A DNA stretch of 63,262 nt, filler included, from Octopus bimaculoides (GCF_001194135.2; 5 parts of 5 records of this genome joined end to end with filler, not necessarily neighbours in it), one strand, 5' to 3'; shown: positions 1 to 13,322, counted from the first letter of the whole stretch. Notes: a model not told the origin generated them from the letters alone. Program-made: numbers and translations.

Positions 1-299
1 ATATACTGATTGATTGATTGATTCAAATGTACTGAAAAACGGTATAGAAACCGTAATAGATATCACACTTTACTAATACATTATGCGGTTGCTATTATAG
101 ACTGATACGATGTAGGCGGTTTTGAATAGTTTTCGATTCCAAATTACACATTATTTAATTTCGTTATATGTCGCTTTCCATAGTAGTGTTTTTCTTCGCA
201 TTTTTACATTCTGCCACTTTAGTTGTTCCTTGTTTTTGCTTTTACTTTTAGTAAGAATCTGTTCCATTATCTAATTTCTTGAAGGACTACAATGTATGC

Positions 300-480
300 A
301 TTATAGATAGATATATATATATGTATGTGCGTGTGTGTGTGTGTGTGTATGTGTGTATTTTAGATACATACATATATATATATGTATGTATGTATATTAC
401 ATAAATCTAATGACTACACAAACGCAGTGTATGTATGTATATACGTTGTGTATGTATGTAATGACTATATATGTACGTAT
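300..480. repeat. Compound (TA)/(TG)/(TATG) microsatellite
   Basis: Directly visible dinucleotide and tetranucleotide runs. Confidence 0.9.
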
Positions 481-1124
481 TGTACTTTTCAAACAGTCAC
501 TGTATTCATTGATGAGAATAATTTTAAACATAGCATTTTAATATTCACTATTTTAAAGATTAATTACATTTAAATTTTTGCGTAGAATCCTCACATTCCA
601 ATTTGCTAGATTATTTTACCAATATGTTATTATTCATTTATGCATAGCAATCATTCATTCCCTCCAGCCGTAATTTCTTATATTTTGTTATACACTGTAT
701 ATACATTGTATATATATTGTTGGTTATTTTATTTAATTTCACGCCTGGTAAATTGACAGAAGCAGGAACACGGCTTCAATATTCCATACAAAATATTAGC
801 AAAACCGAGTGGAAGTGTTATTGGGGCAGTTTTGTTCGAAATAAAAGCGACGCTGACATGAGAAGAGGTATATGGTTTTATGCCTAAAAAAAGTTTATCG
901 CCTAAAAAAAACTATAAAAATGTCAATACAACTCAATAGCAAGAACATGCAATAATATTTTTTTTTTTTAAATAAAGTTGAAAAGTGAAAAACATTTTTT
1001 TTTAAATTTAAATTTCGATCAAATTCAACTTCTAATTGAAAGAAACTAAGCTCAGACTTAAATCCTTAAATCCCTTTTCCTTTAGCTAAATACCTGCAAT
1101 TATTGTACAGATTGCTACAAGTAT

Positions 1125-1345
1125 CATCTTGTACAGCTTGCTCGGATTTGCCCGACTGGGACGATTCCGCCACCAGTCATGACACGGCATTAGTATTCGA
1201 GACGTCACCAGGGCAGAATTCCGTGTCCATACAGAACTAGCGGGTGAAGGTTTTAACTGGATGACTGATCTGTGTACATTCATGCTGGGGTGTCAGGAGT
1301 CCATAGTGTGCTTATTGAGCCTTAGTGATTGTAATAACTGCATTC
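1125..1345 (-). mobile_element. 3' end (ORF C-terminus) of a degenerate APE-type LINE, probably the same element as 2345-3900
   Basis: Minus-strand frames stitched across frameshifts give LWTP..H...HPVKTFTR*FCMDT..CPGD...DWWRNR..GQIRAS. This matches the typical C-terminus (LWTPxHG...GRPxxTYxxQLCxDT...DR.xWRxRV..IRAS) of LINEs with the GDTLAPYLF RT motif. Confidence 0.6.
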
Positions 1346-2304
1346 ACACTTTGAAGCATATATATATATATATATATATATANNNNNNNNNNNNNNNNNN
1401 NNNNNNNNNNNNNNNNNNNNNNNNNNNNNNNNNNNNNNNNNNNNNNNNNNNNNNNNNNNNNNNNNNNNNNNNNNNNNNNNNNNNNNNNNNNNNNNNNNNN
1501 NNNNNNNNNNNNNNNNNNNNNNNNNNNNNNNNNNNNNNNNNNNNNNNNNNNNNNNNNNNNNNNNNNNNNNNNNNNNNNNNNNNNNNNNNNNNNNNNNNNN
1601 NNNNNNNNNNNNNNNNNNNNNNNNNNNNNNNNNNNNNNNNNNNNNNNNNNNNNNNNNNNNNNNNNNNNNNNNNNNNNNNNNNNNNNNNNNNNNNNNNNNN
1701 NNNNNNNNNNNNNNNNNNNNNNNNNNNNNNNNNNNNNNNNNNNNNNNNNNNNNNNNNNNNNNNNNNNNNNNNNNNNNNNNNNNNNNNNNNNNNNNNNNNN
1801 NNNNNNNNNNNNNNNNNNNNNNNNNNNNNNNNNNNNNNNNNNNNNNNNNNNNNNNNNNNNNNNNNNNNNNNNNNNNNNNNNNNNNNNNNNNNNNNNNNNN
1901 NNNNNNNNNNNNNNNNNNNNNNNNNNNNNNNNNNNNNNNNNNNNNNNNNNNNNNNNNNNNNNNNNNNNNNNNNNNNNNNNNNNNNNNNNNNNNNNNNNNN
2001 NNNNNNNNNNNNNNNNNNNNNNNNNNNNNNNNNNNNNNNNNNNNNNNNNNNNNNNNNNNNNNNNNNNNNNNNNNNNNNNNNNNNNNNNNNNNNNNNNNNN
2101 NNNNNNNNNNNNNNNNNNNNNNNNNNNNNNNNNNNNNNNNNNNNNNNNNNNNNNNNNNNNNNNNNNNNNNNNNNNNNNNNNNNNNNNNNNNNNNNNNNNN
2201 NGGATGTGAGTCTCATGGTTGGCCGCCGACAGATTTTTCCGCAAAATATGGATATTCTATCCTGTTCATGCTTTATCCTCCGTTTGAGAATAGAATTATT
2301 TCCT

Positions 2305-2338
<34 letters not shown>

Positions 2339-2344
2339 GTCCAA

Positions 2345-3900
2345 TATCGCCTGCTACTTTCAGAAGGCCTTGTAGAAGGGTAACAGTTTCTGAGATGGTA
2401 TCTTCAAAGACAGTGATATCATTAAGACAACCTGTGTTATGGTTGGAAGTGAAATTTTGTTATTTAAACAGATTTCTTCCATTTTGTCAATTGATGTGTG
2501 GACATAGTATTTGCAGATGACGAACAGGAATGTTTGAAGTGTATCGCCTGGCAAGACATCAATAATGATGTTAAATAAATCGTTTTATCTGTCCACTGAT
2601 CATCTTGAGATGATCCGTTTCTAAGAAGAATTTGCGCTATTTTTTTTTTCTTTTTTCTCTTTTCTTTGTGAATTAGTCGATAGGACTGGCAAAGTCTACA
2701 AACAATGAGATTGATTGTTCTTGCTACTAAGATCCTCCAACCCGAACCATTTTTCCTGAAGCTATTTTGGTTCCTTCGTAAAGGCTTCTCAGGTTCTTGT
2801 ACAGCAACGCTTTGATGTAAATACTACCGCTCACTGTAAAAGTAAACTTTATAAGTTGTAGCCAGACCGAAATAACCTTTCTTGGAGAAACGATTATAAC
2901 CCTCATATCACTTCTCAGTTGTGTTTTAATTGTAAACTACATGAGGAAATTGAAGCAGGGTTTATGGTAGACCTCTGTTTTCCAAGCTTCTGGCTATATT
3001 ACACCAAATTTATCTGCTTATTTTGTTAATCATTTTCAGTACGTTAGTGAATTCATCTAGTGTGAAATTACAAAGTTTACTGTCAAGACCATGCTTGATA
3101 GAAATTTCCAACGGTTCATCAGAAAATGCACAGCGATCTGGGAAATATTCTTTCCACTTATTTGGTTACTCCTGCAGACTTTTAGTTTTGACTTAGTTGT
3201 ATTTTCCCTCTTTCTAATTTCGTTAACAACTTACCGTGTTCCCACGTCAGAAAGGACTGTTTGTTTGAGGCTGTATGTACATTAAGATCCACTTTTGTTT
3301 AAAATGTCTTTCTGTTCTTCGATTTCACAAGTGTAACAACGTGCCAAACAGTTTTCAATATATTATGTTATATATATTTGTTCTGGAATTTTGTTTAATT
3401 TCAAATGAGCAACACTCTTTTATTGGTTGATTCAGAATCCCTTGCGAATCACCGTTTGATTTTAGAAGGGAATCTTCTTCTGCTCGTTGAAGAGAGGAGA
3501 AAAAATTGTTTCATGTTACATTTAGGGAGTTGCTTTCAGTTTCTTTTTCCGTGCCTCAAACCTGCATCCGAACAATATGATTTATTGCTGAAAAATGTCT
3601 TTGTTTTAAGAGTAAGTTTGTTACATAAAGGGGAATTTCGACATTTTCTGTTTGTTGGTGCGTAAGCTTAGCTGAAATCTGATGGATAGTATATAATGAT
3701 CAAAGGTACCTCCTTCAGTGGAATTGTATGCTTCGTAGAATAACACGGAATCAGCGGCGGCAGCTTTCAATCGATACATTAATATACATTCAAGAACATG
3801 GCTTTTACTATGATGAATTAGACCTAAAATGCTAGCAGTTTCTAACAAAATTGGACTTTCATACCGAGGTCAGCGTGGTAAAATGTGAACATACTCTACA
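2345..3900 (-). mobile_element. Degenerate LINE (RTE/RTE-X-like): end of APE endonuclease plus RT domain
   Basis: Minus-strand translation: EAYNSTEG..DHYILSIRFQLSLRTNKQK (APE C-terminus), WKEYF, FTLDEFTNVLKMI, PEAWKT, FVDFAS, VLPGDTLQTFLFVICKYYVHTSIDKMEE (RT motif VLQGDTLAPYLFII). Many stops and frameshifts. Confidence 0.8.
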
Positions 3901-4499
3901 AACGAAAGGATAGGAATGCTTTTTAATCCTCGAACATTACAATTTCTAAGCTTATAGCAAAAAGGATCATCACAACATCAAACTTTTCACAGCAGTCATC
4001 TCTTACTACTACCAACCATTCAGTGTGTTTTACTCACAAGAGAGCTGAACTGTGTTCTCGCATCTGTTCTAACTGTTTTATAGTCCAACTTGACTACAGA
4101 TTCATAAATATAAAATGAATGGAGCCCGGTTAAATGTATACTTCTTAAACAACGTAACCGCATGTAAATGTGTTTACCTGTTATCACAAACATCTCCTGT
4201 TACTTTTGGGAGTTATTTCATGTCGCAAATCAATGTATCGATATACAAATCAGTAAATATAGTGGTGATCACGTTTCTCTCAAACGGGATATCGATATTG
4301 TGTAGCAGAGGCGGCTTGTAAGGAATCATACAACGGTGCTTATAATCTTCCTTTAACAACATTGAAATATGTTAAAGCTAATCGTACAAAAGAAATGACA
4401 AAACAGTGACTAAATTCCTATAAATATTTTGTTGGCTTTCCCGCATTCTGAGTTCTAATGATGCTGTAGAAGATTTGGGTGTTTTCTTTGACGTTCAAA

Positions 4500-4512
4500 A
4501 CACACACACACA

Positions 4513-4544
<32 letters not shown>

Positions 4545-4559
4545 TACACACACACACAT

Positions 4560-4606
<47 letters not shown>

Positions 4607-4662
4607 CATACATACATACATATATATATATACATACATACATACATACATACATACATACA
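4500..4662. repeat. (CA)n/(TA)n/(TACA)n microsatellite at a gap edge
   Basis: Directly visible. Confidence 0.9.
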
Positions 4663-6963
4663 NNNNNNNNNNNNNNNNNNNNNNNNNNNNNNNNNNNNNN
4701 NNNNNNNNNNNNNNNNNNNNNNNNNNNNNNNNNNNNNNNNNNNNNNNNNNNNNNNNNNNNNNNNNNNNNNNNNNNNNNNNNNNNNNNNNNNNNNNNNNNN
4801 NNNNNNNNNNNNNNNNNNNNNNNNNNNNNNNNNNNNNNNNNNNNNNNNNNNNNNNNNNNNNNNNNNNNNNNNNNNNNNNNNNNNNNNNNNNNNNNNNNNN
4901 NNNNNNNNNNNNNNNNNNNNNNNNNNNNNNNNNNNNNNNNNNNNNNNNNNNNNNNNNNNNNNNNNNNNNNNNNNNNNNNNNNNNNNNNNNNNNNNNNNNN
5001 NNNNNNNNNNNNNNNNNNNNNNNNNNNNNNNNNNNNNNNNNNNNNNNNNNNNNNNNNNNNNNNNNNNNNNNNNNNNNNNNNNNNNNNNNNNNNNNNNNNN
5101 NNNNNNNNNNNNNNNNNNNNNNNNNNNNNNNNNNNNNNNNNNNNNNNNNNNNNNNNNNNNNNNNNNNNNNNNNNNNNNNNNNNNNNNNNNNNNNNNNNNN
5201 NNNNNNNNNNNNNNNNNNNNNNNNNNNNNNNNNNNNNNNNNNNNNNNNNNNNNNNNNNNNNNNNNNNNNNNNNNNNNNNNNNNNNNNNNNNNNNNNNNNN
5301 NNNNNNNNNNNNNNNNNNNNNNNNNNNNNNNNNNNNNNNNNNNNNNNNNNNNNNNNNNNNNNNNNNNNNNNNNNNNNNNNNNNNNNNNNNNNNNNNNNNN
5401 NNNNNNNNNNNNNNNNNNNNNNNNNNNNNNNNNNNNNNNNNNNNNNNNNNNNNNNNNATATATATATATATATATATATATATCGGTCATTATTTATGTT
5501 GATTGAAAAGATTTTAACTATTCTACAGCCTTGTGACATTGTCGCAATCAAAGATATCATTTTTGTTTTTGCTTTTGTTTTCGTTTTTCATAGTTCCCTC
5601 TCGGTCCTAGACACCGTTGGTTATATCCAATTTCTTTTGTGGTGTGTTAAACTCTATCCTTGAATATAATTATTGTCTATTCTCGTTTCGAATTGACTAA
5701 ACCTGTAAATCACTCTCCAAGCTTGTGTTGCCGCTAAGTATAATAGTAAATCGTATTTCTCAGACTTTCTCTCGTTGTACTTTCGGGAAATTGTAACGTA
5801 TGTTTGTTGATGATGAATGCATAACATGGCGTGTGTCTCTGTACGAACTGCCCAGTTTCCATTTATCTGTTACATCTGGCGACTTCTTTCATTAATGTCT
5901 CTACTATTAATCTGTTTGGATTTAAGAACAAGAAGCGAATATATTGGTCATATTTGTTAGTTCGGAGGTAGATATTTATTCATATCGGATCGAGTTACAT
6001 TCATAATCTTTGGTGTTTAGAAATTATAAATTTTCTCACTTCAATGTCTTTTTACCTCTTTAAATCAATCCGATGTTCCATCTGATACTGTAAATTTTAA
6101 ATCAAAGAAAAAATATTATTTCTTAGATCTGTTCATCGATATGGCATTATAAAACAGACCTTCACAGACATACATATAATGGCGGACTCATAGTCTCATA
6201 CACACAAATCAGAGTAAGAATGTTATTACAATAAAATTAATAGAAAAACGCAACACATCTTGTGACGGAAAGTTTATTTGAACTAGAAGTAAAAATAATC
6301 ATTGAATTTATGGTAAATTTAGCTACATCGGATTTCGTTGGAATTAGAAATTATCTGTGTACTAAATTTCCTATTTCCAAAGACTTCAAAATAAATTAAG
6401 TTTGCATTAATGAGATATCTCTGATTGAGAGGTTCGATTTAAAAACAAGACGACTATATCTCGTGAGTTTCTCAAGATGATGGCGGTGACCATCTTGGAG
6501 TACAAAACAATAACCGTATTTCCGATAGGATTTCAAAACATTGTATAATGATTTCCTGCAATTCTTCAGTGCTATTGTTAGAAAGTAATTTCCAACTCTA
6601 AAAGATGTTCTGCGAAGATAGACCGACATAATTGTTGTTGAATGGCATAAAATGAGTCGTTCAATTGATTAATTTGACAATCGACGAACATTTTTGTCTT
6701 TGTCACTAATATTATTGTGTTTGCGAGTTCACTCGGTAAAGATGAATTTTTTTCCAGTTCGATTCCTATAGTTTTGTTGCTTAAATGCAGAAATATAGCA
6801 GCGACCACTTGATTCACAGCTGTTCAGAGACAGATAGAGAGTGGATCGTAAATTTAGAAGAACAAAACTTCTTTGCTCGAATATAATACAGAGTCAGTAA
6901 GCTGAGAGCAAAACTTACATACTACTAACTCCTCCAACGAAGCTAACAAGAAATGTGAGGGAG

Positions 6964-7008
<45 letters not shown>

Positions 7009-7599
7009 TGTGTCTGTGTGTGTGTGTGTACGTGGCTTAATGTCGGACGAATGAGAAAGGACGGATCAATAAACACTGTAAAGGATATAGATTTTTATTA
7101 AAACTGAAACTGAGAGTTTATACATATGAACATAATTTTGGATTAAATGAAAGTCACAAAGATATTTTTTCGTAGCAGATATGTTGCTTCAAAGCTTGAC
7201 AAAAATATATGCAGTAGAACTCTGTTATTTATAAAACGAAATTCAATCTACCGGACTTGGTTAAAAATATAAAATCAGATTTTAAATACCGTACCCTTTA
7301 GTAAAATGAAGTTGGGTTTAAAATACTAGGGTGAGAAAATTGCAACAGTTTAGTAAAGTAGTGGTCGACAGTTCTACATACTGCCCAGGACCAAATTACT
7401 TACACATAACCTTTCACTTTTCTGTAAGCAGATATAACGAACTGGTTGTAAGCAACGACAGCACTGCCATAAAAACGAGTGTTTTGCTAAATACAATATA
7501 ACTCGACATTTTACGTGATAGCTTCGCATCAACAAGAACAAACAGAATTATAAAATGGACACTGCATGGTGTTCAGATTGTGTGCGAAGAATGTGACTG

Positions 7600-7960
7600 C
7601 ATAAAAATTGGTATTGATGGAAGTAGCGACAAGTATGTCGTGGATGTATAGAAGGAAGAGTGTGCCAGACAGAACCGAGCCCTAAAGTACACCAGAGTGT
7701 ATTAAGAAGGGAGAAGAAGGACTGTGTTAACAAATACCGCAATGGTGCGATCCGATAAGAAAGTAGAGATCCATGAGATGAGAAACAGATAGAGACTGTA
7801 GACAAGATTCTTTTGTAGAAGGATTGCACACCAGACATGGTCGACGACTTTACTGACGTCTGGAACAACAACGCTGCTTTCGCAAGAGAATCTAGAGACA
7901 GCCTTCGGCAATGAAGCGATTTGATTTATAGAAATGAACTGTTTGTAAGAAGGCAATTAA
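7600..7960 (+). mobile_element. Highly decayed LINE RT fragment (related short piece at ~8830-8950)
   Basis: Remnants read CIEGRVP, KKG..DCVNKYR and WSTT. 7648 TGTATAGAAGGAAGAGTGTGCCAGACAGAACC resembles 8843 TGTATAGAAGGAGGGTGTGGAGAACAGAACC. Confidence 0.35.
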
Positions 7961-8364
7961 TGAGAACATAGGAATAATATTCGTCAATTTACGATAGTGA
8001 CTATTAAATAAAAATTAATGAGAATTTCTAAATAAATTTCTTCATTTCAAACGAATGAGTACACATAACGTACTTTGGCTGCTAAGATAAATTTGTGCTC
8101 TCCACCCCATAGAAAGATAATATTCTGTACCCCATGGTCTCTACTTAGAAGCATAAATATTGTTTTCTTATGCGAAATCAACAACCTGTGATGGCGAAGT
8201 TAAGCCAACTGAGTCAACCTAGTATATAACTGGTATTTCATTCATAGACACCATAAACTACAGCACTTTGATATTTCAAGAACGTTTGGCCGTCAGTAAT
8301 CTTCCGTTTCTAGTACTTCAATTCTCCCTTCTTTCCATTACCATCAACTGAAATGTTTTCTAAG

Positions 8365-8578
8365 TCTGAGCTGGCAGAAACGCTAGCACGCCGGGTGAAA
8401 TTCTTAGCGGTATTTCGTCTGACTTTACGTTTTGAGTTCAAATTCCGCCGAGGTCGACTTTGCCTTTCATTCTTTCGGGGTCGATAAACTAAGTACTAGT
8501 TGCGTACTGGGATCGATATAATCAATTGGCCCCCTCCCCAAAAATTTCGGGCCTTGTGCCTAGAGTAGAAAAGAAAAG
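8365..8578 (+). mobile_element. tRNA-derived SINE, family A
   Basis: Head GAGCTGGCAGAAACG, B-box-like GAGTTCAAATTCC, body GGTCGACTTTGCCTTTCAT..GGGGTCGAT, tail GGCCTTGTGCCTAGAGTAGAAAAG. About ten related copies in the window. Confidence 0.85.
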
Positions 8579-10306
8579 ATCAACGGAAATGTATTCCTGA
8601 AATAATTCATAACTTCAAGTCTGTCTTAAACTCAGTTTAATCCAACAAAACCACAGTCATTTAGTGAGTTCAGAATGAAATGCTAAGCTATTTCCTAATT
8701 CTGCAACCCAGACAGTGTTTCTACTTCGTGTACAGACTTCAAGACTACTTAAACACTCAGATTTCAGAAAGAGTATTCATCTTCTTGTTTTCCGTTTTTA
8801 AGCAGGTAATATTTTTTTACAATTGTTGCAGTAGATGCATGTATAGAAGGAGGGTGTGGAGAACAGAACCAAACGAAATAAGTAATCTGATTTTATTTTG
8901 TGAAAGAAGGTACTTCATCTCACCTGTGCCACAATTATTACAATGACAAGGTCACATAATCTTCTTTCAAACTCTCAGTACTAGTGTCTACAAAATCAAA
9001 AGATATAATAGCTTACAAAATCATAGATATAATAGCTTGTCTTTTTTTTTTTTTTTTTTCAATATACAATGTCTGATGTTTTATTGAAAGGAAACGCGAA
9101 AGGATGATATTCATTTCTCCTCACAAGTACAATTAACGTAAGTTACATGGTTTGATATGAATATTGAGAAGTATCTCAGTAGACCTTTTTGTGATTAAAT
9201 GCCAAAACATTTACCTACATTGTTCGAAACAGACGTAAAAAAAAAACAAGACCAATACTGAAAAAATATTGTTTTTGATAAGATGAACTCGCAGCAAATT
9301 TTTAATGAAAGTTCATTGGTATAGCTGCTTGTCTTTAGTTCATGTAATTTGTAGAGCTGTCGAATGTGAGCAGAGAATTTCTTAAAATGAATAACTTAAA
9401 TATTGGACGTCTTTATTTCTAGTGGACTTCCGCTTTTGACAAATTTATGGCAATATGTACTGTCTGCACGTGTTTGTATGTGTGTGTATGTGTGTGTGTT
9501 TGTGTTTATTTTCTTGTGTGTGTATGTGTGTATTCGTATAAGGTTGTGTAGTAAATGTCTTTGAGTGTGCATTTCTGATAAAATCATCCTTCTGAAAAGT
9601 TTTTAGCAATGCAACGATATTCAACAGACAAGAATTCCATTAATATTTCATTCAAAAACGCATGATTGCAAAGATGTCTGTTTATTTAAGGTTTCGTGAT
9701 AATGGATTTTTAAAATTAAATTGGTAAAATGAAGTCCATATATCGTGACTAGAGGTGAATTTTGACATTTTGGCAGAGAGCTTTTTCGGAGAAAATCACA
9801 GCTAGAATTCAATTTTTTTTTCTAAAGCGTTTTCCTTTAATTGCGTCATGCTTTCATATGCTTTGGTTGTTTGAGTTCTTGTAATGAATCTATCCTCTCA
9901 CTACATCTGTAATAATGTATTAGTTTTGTGTTCTTCTGGCGTGTTTATACCGCAGTTGGAGATCAGTGAATTTTAACCACCACCACCACCCCACACACAC
10001 ACAAAAAGATTCACTTATTGATCTTGTGGCAGTTCCATATATTCCGTCTGCGAAGCAAGTCACTCGAAATAAATTTAAATGAAAATTACGTGAAACGGAG
10101 TCGAATAATGTTGAATAAAAAAATTGAAGGCATATAACGTTGGTACATATTGCTATTATGGAGTAACAAGGACGTATTTGGAGTCTTGATAATGTAATTT
10201 ACAAATAATCACTTTACGCAAGTTGATGTAACGAAATAGCCTATAAACCATCTCTCATGTTTTGTAATATGTATGCATGCGTATGTATGTATAGATACAC
10301 ACATAC

Positions 10307-10339
<33 letters not shown>

Positions 10340-10399
10340 TGTATGTATGTATGTATGTATGTATGTATGTGTGTGTGTGTGTGTGTGTGTGTACAACCT

Positions 10400-10900
10400 G
10401 TTGCATGTTCGGGTCGTCGGCGACTAAATTGACAACCCCATCAAGCTTGCTTGATGAGGAGGGGAGATTGTTAAACACCCTGCAGGACGAAAAGTAAGAC
10501 CTGTCAAAGGGCGGAAGAGCTCATGCGCAGTCAACGGCCATCCAACAGTATGTGTACGTATGTATGTATGCATGTATGTATGCACGGGGACGTGGAAATA
10601 CCTGGGTTGGTGTCCAGGTGCGCAGTTGGCGCAATGGACAACGTCTCTCTATAATAGGGAAACTCTGCGACACTGACAATATAACGATTGTTTAGACTGG
10701 TTCTTCTTACCGAGTTTATGCTGTCCATGTTCAGAGAGTGGGATTGGATTTGTACAAATTCTTTCCTCGCTATAACAAAAATCATCATGCACAGGCATCG
10801 ATTGAAACAAAAAGGTAAGGCCTATCACATAAATGACTGGTCGTAGCCTTCGCATGCGTGGGACTTTCGATCAGGCGATGGCAATAATCGAACACGCGTT
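10400..10900 (+). mobile_element. Putative LINE (RTE-like) 5'UTR remnant
   Basis: Alignable by eye to 18850-19000 (CGACTAAA..CAACCC..AAGC.TGCTTG...AAAGG...GTCAAC..GCCATCCAACAG). Confidence 0.45.
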
Positions 10901-11039
10901 TGCATCCATCATATATGTATGTACTATTCCATTGAAGCTGAAACAAACTAATAATGAACATAATGAGGATAATGAAGATAATAAAAGAGTATATTATTCT
11001 CCTTTTGATATTCAAATACAATCTTTTTTTCCATTTTGT

Positions 11040-11215
11040 TTGCCACGCCACTAAAGCTTTTTTTTTATTCTCTCTCTGTTTATTTTCTCGTCTTCCTCTC
11101 TGTTGAAGAGCGTTGGCTAGAAACGTAAAAGTCTTTCTCACCTTCCTGAGCGTTAAACTATCACACCTGTTTGTTGTTTGCACACCTGTCTTCGTCTTTT
11201 GGTTTATTATAAATT
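11040..11215 (+). mobile_element. Penelope-like terminal repeat remnant with hammerhead-like core
   Basis: CTGTTGA-AGAGC-GTT-GGCTA-GAAACGTA at 11100-11127. Confidence 0.45.
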
Positions 11216-11560
11216 ACAACTATATATNNNNNNNNNNNNNNNNNNNNNNNNNNNNNNNNNNNNNNNNNNNNNNNNNNNNNNNNNNNNNNNNNNNNNNNNN
11301 NNNNNNNNNNNNNNNNNNNNNNNNNNNNNNNNNNNNNNNNNNNNNNNNNNNNNNNNNNNNNNNNNNNNNNNNNNNNNNNNNNNNNNNNNNNNNNNNNNNN
11401 NNNNNNNNNNNNNNNNNNNNNNNNNNNNNNNNNNNNNNNNNNNNNNNNNNNNNNNNNNNNNNNNNNNNNNNNNNNNNNNNNNNNNNNNNNNNNNNNNNNN
11501 NNNNNNNNNNNNNNNNNNNNNNNNNNNNNNNNNNNNNNNNNNNNNNNNNNNNNNNNNNNN

Positions 11561-11620
<60 letters not shown>

Positions 11621-11847
11621 GTATGCATGTATGTATGTATGCATTTATACATATATACACATATAGATACGTATACACACACATACATACATATATACGT
11701 ATATATAGAGAAAGAAGGATGTTTTATGTGTGGATATGTGTGTGTATATATATATATACACACACACACTCACATGCATGTATATACATGTACATATACG
11801 TGTGCGTGCGTGCGCGCACGTGTCAGATCGTTCTTGCTCTACTGGTT

Positions 11848-11849
11848 AC

Positions 11850-11914
<65 letters not shown>
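11848..11914. repeat. (TAG)n microsatellite
   Basis: Directly visible. Confidence 0.95.
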
Positions 11915-11915
<1 letters not shown>

Positions 11916-11929
11916 TGGCAATGTACAGT

Positions 11930-12200
11930 CTGTATCGTTGGCACGTCGGACGATATGCATAACGACATTTCTTCCGAGTCATTACGTTCTGAGTTCAAAT
12001 TCCGTCATGGTCGAATTTGTCCTTCATCCTTTTCAGGTTGATCACATAAGTATCAGCCAGTCAAGTACAGGGGTCGATGTAATCAGCTGTCCTCCTCCTT
12101 CAAAATTTCAGGCCTTGTGCCTATAGTAAAAAGGATTAAGCCGGGGAAAATGCTTAGCGGCATTCCGTCCGTCTTAATGGTCACGTTTCAAATTCCGCCG
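11930..12200 (+). mobile_element. SINE family A copy (11930-12137) followed by a second family A head (12138-12200)
   Basis: GAGTTCAAATTCC, GGGGTCGATG and GGCCTTGTGCCTATAGTAAAAAGG; then AAATGCTTAGCGGCATT..CAAATTCCGCCGA. Confidence 0.75.
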
Positions 12201-12365
12201 ATTTGTACTCTACAGATGCTAAAACCTTACACCCAGAGATTAGGTGGTCCACTGTTTCTATCCCACCGTTACAGTATCGGCACTTTGCGTCGACACCATT
12301 TTTCATCACATTGGCTTGATAGTTCCGGGTCAACAATCTCTGATCTTCGGCATCCAAGATAAACT
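12201..12365 (-). mobile_element. R4/Dong-like LINE fragment (family 2, CCHC zinc-knuckle region)
   Basis: Closely similar to 16104-16268. Encodes DQRLLTRNYQANVMKNGVDAKCRYC..IETVDHLISGCKVL. Confidence 0.8.
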
Positions 12366-12379
12366 GGTACTTATTTTAA

Positions 12380-12500
12380 TAAGTACCAGTTGAGCACCTT
12401 TCGGGGTCGAATAAATAAGTACCAGTTGAGCGCCGGGGTCGAAGCCATCGACTTACCCTACCCCCCGAACTTGCTGGCCTTGTGCCAAAATTTGAAACCA
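12380..12500 (+). mobile_element. SINE family A 3' half with internal duplication
   Basis: AATAAGTACCAGTTGAGC occurs twice; tail GGCCTTGTGCCAAAATTTGAAACC runs into (TAG)n. Confidence 0.7.
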
Positions 12501-12501
12501 T

Positions 12502-12530
<29 letters not shown>

Positions 12531-12533
<3 letters not shown>

Positions 12534-13072
12534 AGTGAGAGAACAACAGTGCATGCATCAAAGTGACACTGGGGTAAAATATACGAAGCCCATTATACCC
12601 ATCATGACTACCCGTCTGATAAGGGTACACCAGGCACATGCATCACAACCATATGTAAGCGACATGGTGATCTCATATCAAGATAAACAGCGCATGACCT
12701 CGCAGGTGGAGCCCACTTAGAATTTTCTTCAGGTCGAGTAGCCCATCCCGCTCAAAAGGTCCCTGAATAAGGTTTGTTTAAGGATGTAGAGTAAAAAACC
12801 CATGTTTCCAAAGGTGAATTATTCAAACCCAAAAGAATTCCTCTCAACACATGGCTATGATGCTCTCCCATTACTTCTGCTCGTGATCAGAGATGCACAT
12901 ATCGTCGGCCACCAAGGGACATGCCTAACTGGTTAAGGTCAAACAACTGACAAGCAAATATGTGGTATTACGTAGAATATTTGCTGTAGCCCATCTTTTT
13001 ATACCAATACAAGACAATGTACATGATAACACTTCCAATCAATTAAGATCAGAAGCCATGAGAGCCACTGCC
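12531..13072 (-). mobile_element. Interspersed ~540-bp repeat (family B, SINE-like)
   Basis: Recognised from memory as a high-copy octopus repeat; bounded by (TAG)n and (ATT)n tracts. Single copy in this window. Confidence 0.55.
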
Positions 13073-13115
<43 letters not shown>

Positions 13116-13185
13116 ACAATAAAGAAGAGAGTGACTGTTATCAAATGAACAATATTTCGACATCTCGTGTGTCTTCCATAGGTTG

Positions 13186-13252
<67 letters not shown>

Positions 13253-13262
13253 NNNNNNNNNN

Positions 13263-13322
<60 letters not shown>
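13072..13322. repeat. (ATT)n arrays (13072-13112 and 13188-13322)
   Basis: Directly visible; the second array is the tail of the adjacent Dong-like element. Confidence 0.9.

Noticed and set aside
1093-1130. Apparent signal-peptide first exon on the minus strand (MILVAICTIIAG with GTATTT donor)
   Set aside because: It lies at the 3' end of a decayed LINE whose C-terminal motifs are recoverable just upstream, so a chance reading is more likely.
7212-7235. pogo/Tigger-like TIR start CAGTAGAACTC
   Set aside because: No matching opposite end was found nearby.
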